Below are positions 12,101 through 23,909 of a stretch of 64,000 bases of DNA, piece after piece (the first letter of the stretch is position 1; every line of letters begins with the position of its first letter). Origin of the DNA: Haliotis cracherodii (lineage: Eukaryota); the NCBI RefSeq assembly GCF_022045235.1, contig NW_027266275.1, positions 69,006,001 through 69,070,000 of the forward strand. The letters are read 5' to 3'. Under the pieces are notes generated by a model. The model saw only the letters and a list, made by a program, of their open reading frames with translations, was not told the origin of the DNA and made no database searches. Both the position numbers and the translations under genes were made by a program.

Positions 12101-12727
12101 CTCAGCTCTAGCAGCCTGTGTCCGTCCCCTTCTCAGCTCTAGCAGTCTGTGTCCGTCCCCTTCTCAGCTCTAGCAGTCTGTGTCCGTCCCCTTCTCAGCT
12201 CTAGCAGTCTGTGTCCGTCCCCTTCTCAGCTCTAGCAGTCTGTGTCCGTCCCCTTCTCAGCTCTAATAGCCTGTGTCCGCCCCTTCTCAGCTCTAGCAGC
12301 CTGTATCCGTCCCCTTCTCAGCTCTAGCAGCCTGTGTCCGTCCCCTTCTCAGCTCTAGCAGCCTGTGTCCGCCCCCTTCTCAGCTCTAGCAGCCTGTGTC
12401 CGTCCCCTTCTCAGCTCTAGCAGCCTGTGTCCGCCGTCTTCTCAGCTCTAGCAGTCTGTGTCCGTCCCCTGCTCAGCTCTAGCAGTCTGTGTCCGTCCCC
12501 TTCTCAGCTCTAGCAGCCTGTGTCCGTCCCCTTCTCAGCTCTAGCAGCCTGTGTCCGTCCCCTTCTCAGCTCTAGCAGCCTGTGTCCGTCCCCTTCTCAG
12601 CTCTAGCAGCCTGTGTCCGTCCCCTGCTCAGCTCTAGCAGCCTGTGTCCGTCCCCCTCTCAGCTCTAGCAGTCTGTGTCTGTCCCCTTCTCAGCTCTAGC
12701 AGTCTGTGTCTGTCCCCTTGTCAGCTC
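6116..12727. repeat. Satellite 1: 31-bp tandem array, ~6.6 kb (~210 units)
   Basis: Unit CCCCTTCTCAGCTCTAGCAGTCTGTGTCCGT with diagnostic variants (CCTACTC, GCCGTCTT, CTCTTGC). Confidence 0.98.
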
Positions 12728-13075
12728 AAGAGACTTGAAGGTTCCTTAATACTCGAGGGATCCTTATATACACTTATTGTATCTAACCATATACTTAACA
12801 TTATTATTTCGGAGACCAGACGTAAAGATGTAAAAGAGGCTGTGTCAAAAGCATGGACTCTATTTCAGAATGTACGAATATGACCACACTTCGCGTAATG
12901 TCACCGCACGGATGACACACATACATACTGTTCATATTATGTACCTCTTTACTTGCAACACGATTCCCCAGCCGGCAATATGACGATTCCAAGATGGCTC
13001 GTCGAATAGTTGAGCCTGTGACACGCAAACCAATAGTGAATAGTGAGAACACTTATGGAATACACAACTGACGAG

Positions 13076-13244
13076 TGAGTGAGTGAGTGAGTATGGTTTT
13101 ACGCCGCTTTTAGCAATATTCAAGCAATATCACGGCGGGGGACACCAGAAATGGGCTTCACACATTGTACCCATGTCGGGAATCGAACCCGGGTCCTCGG
13201 CGTGACGAGCGAACGCTTTAACCATTAGGCTACCCGACCGCCCC
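13076..13244 (-). mobile_element. SINE family A, full length
   Basis: Near-consensus; TSD CACAACTGACGAG at 13063-13075 and 13245-13257. Confidence 0.92.
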
Positions 13245-13638
13245 CACAACTGACGAGGTTACGTGTTAAAGTGTCACTTCCCAAGCGCCACCCATCAAAA
13301 CACTATCCCACTGATGTTTTAAACCCGCACATTGGGTGCAAGTGTATATTTTACTACCGCTTCAACAATTTCAATTCGCCTGTCGTTGTCAAGACCAACT
13401 TGTCAGCTGTGGGACTTAATACCTAAGAAGTGTTGATTTAAGGCTTTAAAGCAACCTCCGGGGACGCCTTCTCTCATATCCCCCCCACGCAGTCTATGTA
13501 TTTCACAATTTCACATTTAGCTAAATTGTGCTGATTCCAATGTGAACGTGATCTTTCTTTTGTGTTTTCTTTCAATTCCTGAACACTTGTTTTTGGCGTT
13601 ACATGTACATATTTAGTACCTACTGTAGAGCGTACTCA

Positions 13639-13791
13639 GGTGATTGACATCATGCGCATCGATTTACACAATTGGGATTCGATGACATGCACCAACCAAG
13701 TCAGCGAGCCTGACCACCCGACACCGTTAGTCGCCTCTTACGACAAGCATGGGTTGCTGAAGACCAATTCTAACCCGGAATCTTCACGGGA
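13639..13791 (-). mobile_element. Family C element, 5' half with structured head
   Basis: rc CCCGTGAAGATTCCGGGTTAGAATTGGTCTTCAGCAACCCATGCTTGTCGTAAGAGGCGACTAACGG. Confidence 0.85.
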
Positions 13792-14343
13792 CGGCGCGCC
13801 TTTGAAGTTGACGGATGACAAATGTACGTTAATCAGGGATCTGTATCGTTTATGTCTTTCCTGCTATCAAAGGTAAGCTTATAGCTATTAATTGATTTCA
13901 TGTGTGAATTTGTTGAAACAAAAGTCCACGACGTGAACTTCATTGAGGCTTGTATGGAGACCAAAGTAAGCTGGAGTTGCCTCCCTTCCTCCATAACAGA
14001 CTCGAGTGGCGGAAACGTGCACACAAGACGAACAGCTGTTGTATATATCATGAAGTTGATGCAACAACTGAGTCTACAGTCTTTGTGTTTTTTGCAGATT
14101 CGTGACATTAAAAAAAGGAACCTTATGTAGCACTAATCGCTTTAATGTCATGAAACAGGTTTAGATAGGGTTCGACTTGGTACTCGCATTAATTCCCAAA
14201 GGCATTTATGATTTGCAGTACTTGATAATATGAATATTTATAAATGAGGAAATAACAAGAAAAGTATCCTTTGAGCGGACATGTCTGGAATGATCACGTC
14301 TTCTCAAGGCTTGCATGGCATGCGGACATTCATATATCTACGC

Positions 14344-14567
14344 GACCGTGAAGGTCCGGGTTAGATTTGGTCTTCAGATACCCATGATTATTGTAAGAAG
14401 AGAGTAACGGGATCGTTGGGCAGGCTCGCTGACTTGGTTGATGCATGTCGTTGTATTCCGATTGCGATGTCAATCACTGGATTGTCTGGTGCAGAGTCGA
14501 TTAATTACGGAAACCCGTCATATGGCTGTAATATTGCCGAGTGCAGCGTTAAACAGCAAACAAACAT
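14344..14567 (+). mobile_element. Family C element, diverged full length
   Basis: GACCGTGAAGGTCCGGGTTAG head through GCGTTAAACAGCAAACAAAC tail. Confidence 0.8.
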
Positions 14568-14674
14568 AAATTTAGGATGAAGCAGCGTTTCAGCTACACA
14601 CATCGAAGCTGGTATCACTACTACTGAGGGTTCTACTTGTATTCATGTATATCTGTACTGCGTAACAACAATTT

Positions 14675-14850
14675 CCACACACTACCACGGTGACTGGTGC
14701 ATATAAGAGTCACCACACACTAATACCGTGACTGGCGATATATCAGTGACACTAACAGTGACTGGTGGATATAACAATGACACTAACCCGGTGACGGGGA
14801 TATAACAGTGACACTAACACGGTGACGGGTGGATAAAAAAGTGACCACAC
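14675..14850. repeat. Short degenerate ~30-bp tandem repeat
   Basis: Recurrent CACTAAC..GTGAC(T/G)GG..ATATA units. Confidence 0.65.
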
Positions 14851-15117
14851 ACAAGCTCTTCATATTACAGTTACATACGTCCATTTCCAAAGATTGATAA
14901 ATACACGTAGAAGACGGATTTTTTCAATGAAACTAAAGATGTTTATTTTACAACTCCCGCGAAGAAAATGTCACAGGGTATTGAGAAACACTCGTTTAAT
15001 GAAGATGTTGCACTGCTGTGGAGGACAATGCTGATTATGCGGTGTGTTCAGCCTCTGTGTCTGCCATGCTTCACATTAAGACCATTTCATAAACTTCCAA
15101 GACATTTTGTTCATAAG

Positions 15118-15345
15118 GTGATGTGAAATGGGGTTTGACGCCGCGTCCAAGATTATTGCACTTATATAGCGACGTCCATGCACGTGTGTGTGTCTATGCG
15201 TGTGTATGTGTGTGTGGCTGAATGTACTAGTCCGGACTGATGCCGATTTATAGTGCTAGCCCACTGAGATACCATGCCGCAGTTTAACATGAATACCCCA
15301 CTCAGAAACAGTATCCTGACTCCGAGCCGACAAGTCCTTGTTTTG
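15118..15345 (-). mobile_element. SINE family D, 3' part
   Basis: rc of the D tail (AAACCCCATTTCAC), CA-repeat and body. Confidence 0.8.
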
Positions 15346-17122
15346 TTCATAAAAAAACATAACATTTAACGTTGTTAAGCATTTTAAAAATAAATATTAC
15401 CGGGTCAAAATATGACTATACTTGGCATCTAAAATATTTAATTCATAACTAAGAAACCACCAGTTTATGAGGTCTGTAAAGAACATATATATAAACGTTT
15501 TCGAAATAAATCGTGTTGCCTCGCCCCTTTCGAAACAGAAACCCGATAAAAGAGTGAACAACATGTAGTTATCTTGCCCAGAAAACAAACATGGCATGTG
15601 GCTTTATGTGTGTACATGTGTTCGTAGGTCCATGTAAAGTGTAACAGTGTTGTAGGGCATTAACTATTCCAGACCGAGGCTTGATGAGATTATCAACACG
15701 TCATTGTCTACAAACGGTGCGGTCAGACGCGGCGGTTTGAGGCAGGTTAATCATCTTGACCTTCAGATGTTTTATCACCTTGGTAAAACACCATTACGTT
15801 CTTTTTATCTAACACACCAACTTCAAACAGACCGACAGTTCAACCCGAGTGCGTGTAATTGCGGGGGACACAGGGACACCAGCCCAACCCCTTGATTGCC
15901 CATTGGGATCAGCAAAATACGTATTTATTTTCCAAAGCACGGGCTTTATTGATTAAAGAGGAGAGAATGGTAAATGTGCGAACATCTCCCAGCTTATAGA
16001 AAGCTGACAAAGACCCCAGGCAAATACCAGCCGGTAGAAAAAGACACGTTTACCAGACCCGCAGAGGAAACTCGTTTTGAAACGCGACCCTGTTCAGCTG
16101 TGCTTGAACGTGCTGTGCGTGTGCTATCAACTCTCAGAATGAGGCTTGAAGGGCAAAACGGCCATGTTTTCACGTGCTGTGATAGAGGGTCGATTTTATG
16201 GGAGGGTATGCTAAATAAACAGCGGCAGAAAGGCTTAACGGAGATGGCTGTGATTTTAAGTGATTATTTCACTTGGGCTGTATTGTGCTCGCCAGCCATA
16301 CGGGTTAATTTGGCGCTTATCGAGTTGCTTGAGAATTCCGCCGAAGTGTAGTCTTTGATAGCGTGTGTTATGCCATCTGCGAGGGGAAATAACCGACAGT
16401 AATTGTTCCAGATTCAAGATGTGGCCAGTTCGAATATTAAAGCTTAATAATACGTAAATCATCCTCAGTATTATCTTTGAAAATAAGCCTAATCCTTTAA
16501 TCTACATTTACGATGCTGCATCACGTTATGAGATGGCTTGCCAGTGCTATTCGTCTCCGATCGTTTCCTCGGTATAAAATCGGTAACACTAATTACCCAG
16601 GTTTATTAGTCCCATAGCAAAAGCTTATAGTGATTTTATTATCTTTACATCTCCCTGTAAGCATGTGCGTAGGAATGGACCACGCCCAAGACAATATAAT
16701 GGAGGCCATTTGCCTTACGTAGACAATGCTGTGTTCTCGACCTGTGATTTTTCTTGCAAACAAGTGTATTATTTTCCTGCAACAGGCCATCATAGAAACA
16801 AGTGTAGATAACACAGACAAAAAACAAACTCTTTGATAAAGATTTTGTCGTCTAATATATTTGATAATTGCTTCGTGATATGTTATATGTAATGTACATG
16901 TATACTACTGAACTGTTGTTGGTTACAGTTAGGCTGGGATTAAAATATACTATAGATGTACAACTTGCAACCGTTAATGTGAAGATACTGAGTGAGTGAG
17001 TGAGTGAGTGAGTGAGTTGGGCTTTAAACGTATGTCGGTTATATGAAGGCCTGTCCTTTTAATAAGGGCGCCATCCCCTTGCATGAATCCCGAATACCAT
17101 CTAATTCTGGTGCTTGACATTT

Positions 17123-17301
17123 ATTTGTTTGTTTGTTTGTTTGTTGTTTGGATTAGACAATCTAGTGCTTGACATGAGCATCGATCTACGCAATTGGGAT
17201 ATGATAATTTGCATCAACCGAGTGAGCGAGTCTGACTCGGTCGCCTCTCACGACAAGCATGGTTTGCTGGGCATCAATTCTAACCCGGACCTTCACAGGT
17301 C
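17123..17301 (-). mobile_element. Family C element, internally deleted
   Basis: (TTTG)n tail; head rc GACCTGTGAAGGTCCGGGTTAGAAT. Confidence 0.75.
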
Positions 17302-17702
17302 ATATCCAACTATATACAAAATAAACAGTCTCATGATTGTATCGGGGGGTGGGGGTGGGGGGTGAGAAGAGGTTAATATGTTTATGAATACAGTGAATAC
17401 AGTTGAACCTAATAGTTTGGGATTCGAACCCACAACCTGGCCCGGATAAACCCAGTCCCAGCTAGTTTTGTTGGAAACGGTATATCATTCCGTCCTCTAC
17501 TTGAAGGAATACACTTAATTTCTCTGAGAGGAGGAGCGAAACAATTCTTTTCGACCCCAAGGAAGGACAAAACATGATTTTTTCTTGTATTTTCTGGTAC
17601 AAATTAGTTTTATTTAAAATAATCCTAGACCCCCTAGTCGGTTACTTCCGCTGTAAACACAACCACGAACACCCATCTTCCCATGAATCTGTAGTGGCAT
17701 GA

Positions 17703-17896
17703 GTGAGTGAGTGAGTTGGGTTTAGCGCCGCTTTTAACAGTATTCCAGTTATATTACGGCGTGTCAGCTTAATGTGGGAGGAAAGCCCGAAGTGATGCAG
17801 GTCTCAGACGTTAACCACTTCCGTGAAACCCACGAGCACGGGTATGGTGCTGACAAACCTAGAAACATAATCGGGGCGAACCGTGATTCGAACCCA
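17703..17896 (-). mobile_element. SINE family B, 5'-truncated just upstream of the B-box
   Basis: TSD CTGTAG(T/G)GGCATGA at 17689-17702 and 17897-17910. Confidence 0.88.
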
Positions 17897-18930
17897 CTGT
17901 AGGGGCATGAAGTAGGGGTAGCGGGTTCGTTATTCGTTTTTCGAAAAACAAGCCAGCACCGGGTTCGTTATTCAAAGGCTGTATACAACTACACTGATTT
18001 GGTCAAATACACTGAAACTCATTTAATATATGACAGCAGATTCGTCTTACATCATCATCCAAAAGCTGAATAACTAAACAGCTAAACTTTCTGCATTTTG
18101 AATAAAAAGGAAACTATACAGATTCGATAGAAATACATAAAATAATTTCATTGCGATATTCGAATCGCTTCGGCAATTGTATCACGCTTGCGTGATTAAT
18201 CATTTGAAGGTACTCTCGAATCTGCCAGTATTTCATTGATACAGTCGTTGCTCCCCTGAAGCAAACGCACTTAATATTATGAAATCTTTGCGGATTGTGC
18301 GACAGGTCATACAATAAAATGCTTCTATTTACTTATTATTGACGGCAGTAGATTGATTTATACTTTAGCCAGAGATATATCACCAGCTAATGGCGACCTA
18401 ACTTTAGTTTGAAGGCAGTATAAATAGGAATGTATTGGTGCTCCCACACATCCGGAGAGAAGTCGATAAAATTTGAAAGAGAGCGATTTTTTTCCACCAA
18501 ACATAAATATTCGGAAAGAGATGTAATATATGCAAATAGCGTCTGATCAATTGAAATTTGATGAATCAGAAATAATCTTGGCGTCTTTGCAGCCAAAACA
18601 TAATTATAGTGATGAAGACTTAAGTGTCTGCCTTTAACACAATAACCGTGTTTCTGAAGTTAATATAGTCTGTTTTTGAAGAGGATGTCTTGGGGACCAC
18701 GAAATAAAATCCGCCCCCAGTACCTCACAGCTGTCGTACGGACCGATCAAAGTGAGATTTAGTAGGTCCCTATATGGGGACCTGGCAAAGGTCATTGTGC
18801 CCTCATGCTATCAGTCACTGGTTTGTCTGGCTCAGATAGATGGTTTTCTTAGCATAGATGGCTATACTCTTTTACGCAGACCTATACATTTCGACACATT
18901 TAAGAGATCAATCATATTTCTCATTGTTAA

Positions 18931-19093
18931 GGGGGCGGTCGGGTAGCCTAGTGGTTAAAGCGTTCGCTCGTCACGCCGAAGACCCGGGTTCGATTCCAGA
19001 CATGGGTACAATGTGTGAAGCCCATTTGTGGTGTCCCCCGCCGTGATATTGCTGGAAAATTGCTAAAAGCGGCGTAAAACCAAACTCACTCAC
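18931..19093 (+). mobile_element. SINE family A, full length (tRNA-Asp/Glu-like head)
   Basis: A-box TAGCCTAGTGG, CTCGTCACG anticodon-like region, B-box GGTTCGATTCC, (ACTC)n tail; TSD TCATTGTTAA at 18921-18930 and 19094-19103. Confidence 0.92.
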
Positions 19094-21006
19094 TCATTGT
19101 TAAGGGAGATGCGGTGGCCTTGTGGCTCAAGCATTGGTTCGTCCTACAGAAGAGCCGGTTCGATTCTGCACATCTGTACAAAACATGAAGCTCATTCTCA
19201 GAATCCACCTTCATGAATTCACTGGGATATTCAGAAATGCACCGAAAAACTTGTCTCTTCAAAATTATTGAAACAACTTTGGCGTACCCATTTAACAAAT
19301 AAAATGGATGTTCCAATATTCCTAGGCACTCATTTGAAATTATACCCAACCACGCAGACACCAGGCGTCTATAAATCATACAATTAACCGAGGTCACCCA
19401 CCAAGCCCGGTACAATAATTTAAATATTCCAATATAGAGTAATCATCCCTGAAAATATAAAATCTTCAAAACGTGCATCCTCAACGCATGCAAGGGATGC
19501 ATATCTTAAACGATTACGGCTTAAACGTTATGGTCCCCGACAGCTCCCAATTCATAAACCTGACCCAATCCATTAGTCATTTGACCCCGAGAACCCTCAC
19601 GTCCGTATAACAGTAAATCTTGGCAAGTCCGACCTCCAGTCCTCCGTCTACCGTTTTGATAATTACAACCGTTACATAACGTCTTCCTGTTCGTGTGTGA
19701 GTCAACGTAATTTAGATCATATCTGTAATTACACTAAACCTATCAAATAATGCAATCAAAAACATCACTACGCCATATCGTATCCCAGTCCACTCTGATA
19801 GGGTTGAATTAGAAATTCTGTGCCTTCACAGCGCGTGTCCCAAATGAGCGCTAAATCGAGTTATAGACGAAGACGGTGCCAAGTCGGGCCGACGTCGTCC
19901 TCGGAAACAGATTCCGTAATCAGGTAGTTTTCTCTTAATTTATCGATTACATCACAGTAATGTGGTGTGGGCCATCTCTTAGTTCAAAGTCGTGCCTCTG
20001 AGTTCTTGTGATACGATTTCCAGGGAGTGTTTTCGATTGCAGTCAATCTTCATCAATTCCTGATGATGGTACGTGACGAAATTGTTTCGTGCACGCGACG
20101 AGATCGATACGCACGTGCTGGGACTTCCTCTTAGCGAATTCGGATGGGATTGACTCGCTGGACGGTTGAGAGGATTTTTATCAGCAGCTGTTGGCAGCCA
20201 TAATGGGGTCCAAATGTTGGTCCTAAGAACGGAATTTAAATTTATTTTTGCCCTCTGGAAAATTCTGACAAAAAGATTTCACGAAACAGACTAAAACACC
20301 TGAAACAAATACATAAATATTAGGATATATATGCACATAAATTAATTATAGCATTCGCTGAAATTTTTAAAATCTTCCACATACAAAACCCCATACAGAG
20401 CACACCAGGTGCCGAACACGTCTACTGACTGAAGGCGACATACGCCGCCGCGCAATTAAGATGCGCCGGTAAAATCTTATCCAATATGACAATATTCAGG
20501 AAATGTATTCGTATTTGTAAAATCAAGAAATTCCAACTACAATATCGTATATTCTCTTTTTTTTGTCAGCCGTGAAACAAATGTATTTTCATGTCGAATA
20601 ACCTTCCCTAACGTGTGTGCTGTAGGTCACGTTCATGACACACGTGCAGCGATCACGTTACCGAACCCAGACGAACGCGAACACGTTGCTTGAAATTCAT
20701 ATCAGTGTTTTGTCTCGTTTGTCACTCAGCGTGTCAATCAAACGTGCTACCGACGCTTAAAGACGATAGTGTGACAGGTAACGCAGTTATCTAACCCTCT
20801 TTAGAACGGGGAAATATTTCCGTTCCCGAGGCGGTGCGTCATTTGGAAGACAGCTTCAGATTGACGTCAATCGCAAGTTGAAAACGCGGTAAAGGTGAGC
20901 GATAATACTGAAATCACCCGCTAATGTGAAGTCTTTGGCGGTCTTAGTAGATCTTAGATAAGGGACCGGTTGTGCTGAAGCAAAAGAGATAAACGCATTT
21001 GAAATT

Positions 21007-21115
21007 CAGTGAGTGAGTGTCTTTGTTCAGCGTTTCAGTCATAGGATCCTGGTAGCCCAAAGGCACGTAATTCTGCAGCGTTTGCGGCGCCGTAGACGAC
21101 TGGGATGCACCACCT
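21007..21115 (-). mobile_element. Degenerate, internally deleted family B SINE
   Basis: rc CCCAGTCGTCTACGGCGCCGC...CCTTTGGGC...CCTATGA joined to a CACTCACT tail. Confidence 0.65.
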
Positions 21116-23439
21116 CCGCCCACCATTGCTACACAAAAACAACAATGTAAACACTATACTGTTGCATATGTAATAGAATTATCTTGCCGTCTCGTAGTTC
21201 ACAAAGTGCATATCCATTCGTCCGTTTGAATTAAGTTTTAAATTCAAGTAAAATTAAGTTTCTATTTCAACAGCGAATATATATTATACTCTATTATACT
21301 GTCAGAATATTAAGAATAAATTGTAAGCTTTGTTTAATTTGTCCTTGTTGAAGGACCACGAACCATGAACTTAATTATTGGTGTTTACTCTGTTAAGTAC
21401 TATTAGTGTGGTATTAGCTTTATTCTTTGAACCGTGGTTTAGCTTGCTATCGTATACGAACACGTCAACAACTGATGTTTAATTGCATATATTTTCTGAA
21501 TCACCCATCACTGTTTTAAGTTAAAACTACTTCATTGTGAATTAGTCAGGAACTGTCCCAAAATAAATAATGTCGATCGTTTCCACAGCAATCACTTGAA
21601 TAAACTCAAGTTAACCTCGTTGCAACGGTGGTCGCGTCTGTGCGCCATAGAATGGGCAAAGGGAGGTAACTCTAAACGGCTTGATTTCCTCGTTCATCTA
21701 CGGGCCCGAGATTTGACCCAGTTACGGCGCCGTAACACACAGCATAATATCGCCAGCTCAACATACACACGTACATAAATCAAGCTACGCTATCACAAAA
21801 TGGAGGTCATCTTTATAGTGCCGTGTGGCAGTCTCATGAAAGAGCTGGGTAGCAGCGGAAACGCAGAACTTAAATGAGAAAGTAGTGTGCTCGGGCCTAT
21901 TCGTCAATATTTCTTATTGGGTTTTAAAGCCCCGCGGAGCAGTTTTTGTCAAGGAAAGAGGATCGATTTACTGAAGAAGTTGGGTCTATTCGCGCGACAC
22001 GCGATAGCTGAGCGGGACCGCTAGCTAAAAAGAATTCCTTTGTCCCCCGTAAATTTAAACGGCACAATACGGTTGTATTCACTGGGTCAGCCCGTGCAGA
22101 GCATACGGCCCCGTATTTATAACGAATTAGCATCAGACTGCGCGGGATAACGCGTCCGCTTTGTTGGCAAGAATAACTACATCGACAGTGACAGTGGCGA
22201 GAACTATTTCTGATTATTTATAACATACCAGAAATAACAAGGCTTGAACACATACGTTTTAACACCCATCCACGTTAACGTCGATAAAAAGGCCGTTTGG
22301 ATAGTGTATTAGTTCTACACTATATATTGGCTAATCCAAAACTAATATTTGTCTCAATAGCTGAGCTATAAAGTTTTGGTTTTTAATTATATTTTATTGA
22401 TTAGTTGAATCAATTTTGTCATTTTTGCAGTGATGATAAAATATACTAAAGGGCGACTATAATGGATACACAAGAATAAAAAATATATAACACACCACCG
22501 TTATAAAAGGTTTAACCGCATATTTCTAAAAACTAAAATATAAATATTAATTGTATAAATCTCTCATACGGTTTGGTTGCAGGTTTCTAATAAAAAACAT
22601 CCAATTAAAAAACAGATATTATTTCCCTATCGTGATTTTTATGATATCAAATAAAAGAGGAAATTATAACAAATTATTTCCTGTCCATGAACATAAAAGG
22701 GCCGTGAAGTGCAATACATGGCGTAATAATTTTAACGATTTTGAAAAAGAGTTACAATCAAGTAATTTGTTATCAGTCTGAAACGCTCAGAGTCACAGAA
22801 GTAATTCTTTGTTTCGGGCTATTTCAAATCAAAGTAACGGTGGAAAAGTCTGCTGAATTACCATGGGCTTACGTGAACAAACGCCATCTCTCGGTTAAGC
22901 TGCTGATGCAGGGACGATAGGATGCAATGCTAAAGTAATGCTCATTCTCGTTTTGCTTTTCGGCGACATATGGCTTTGTTCGGGTGTCAAATTCTACCTT
23001 AAGTTTAGCATGGCGTGTTCGAAAATATTACGAAAGTGATTTACTCGCAGCCTTTAAATCCCATAATATGCCGTTTTAAATTTAAGCTGAAAGCAACCCC
23101 TTTGTTGGAGGAAACATGTACTTTCTGACCCCGTGTATAACCCCCGGGCTGTAATGTATCCACAGAAGGTATAATTAGAGCAGGCGCAACAGGTTTTAGA
23201 CAGAAACTGACCCGACTTTAAATAGTGTCACAGTTCACGAACGGCGGACACGTATGCGAGACCACATACAAAATGGCCGCTGGTTTTATTAGGATATTGG
23301 ATGCAATTTGTGTTTTAAGAATAGGATATTATGGCGACATTACTTCGGTTTGGGATTCGATCTGCATGCAGAATGTTTTATTACTGTTTGTGAGCAGAAT
23401 TAATAAAATCCAGTGCAGTATAACGCTTTTGGCGTGGGG

Positions 23440-23695
23440 TTAGATGAAATAGTGTTTAACGTCGCGTTCAAAATTATTGCTCACAGCGACGTGCATGCAC
23501 GTGTGAGTTGAGGCTGCAGTTTAACATGGATATCCCATTCAGAAACAGTATGCTGACTACGAACCGGCCAGTCCTTGTTTTGTCCCATAAATGCCGAGCG
23601 CTAGGCAGGGTAACATTATGTACAATTTATTAAGGTCTTTTGGTACGACGCAGTCGGTGATCCGGACAGACGCTCTATCCACTACGTCACGAAGA
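23440..23695 (-). mobile_element. SINE family D, diverged copy
   Basis: Co-linear with the rc of the copy at 41594, with deletions. Confidence 0.7.
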
Positions 23696-23909
23696 CGAAC
23701 GATAATGTTTACGTGATAACGTGAACGTTGTAGAGGTTGATGAAGTTGATGTAGTTGACGAGAGTATGGGTTTTACGTCGGTTTAGCTATATTCCAAACA
23801 TTTTCAGAGAAACATTGTCATTGCGCCTGGTTTACCTGGAGGAAGACGGTTATTGTTGGGATGGTGTTGAGGCGTGGTTGGGTATCGGTAGAGGTACCGG
23901 TAGGGGTAA

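Noticed and set aside
14890-14912. Partial matches to known miRNA ends (AATACACGTAG here; GTCAGGAACTGT at ~21545)
   Set aside because: No seed match and no precursor hairpin.
15974-16351. 125-aa ORF (similarly 34180-34581 and 58442-58873)
   Set aside because: No recognisable motifs or splice partners; such lengths can arise by chance.
18931-19005. tRNA genes (Asp-, Leu-like heads)
   Set aside because: No proper acceptor stem or anticodon arm; each continues into a SINE body with tail and TSD.
20060-20083. Hammerhead-like core CTGATGA...GAAA (also CTGACGA...GAAA at ~51132)
   Set aside because: Stem II does not close properly and no stem I can form.
20944-21126. MVGGGGASQSS ORF behind an acceptor-like site
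   Set aside because: It is a decayed family B SINE on the minus strand.
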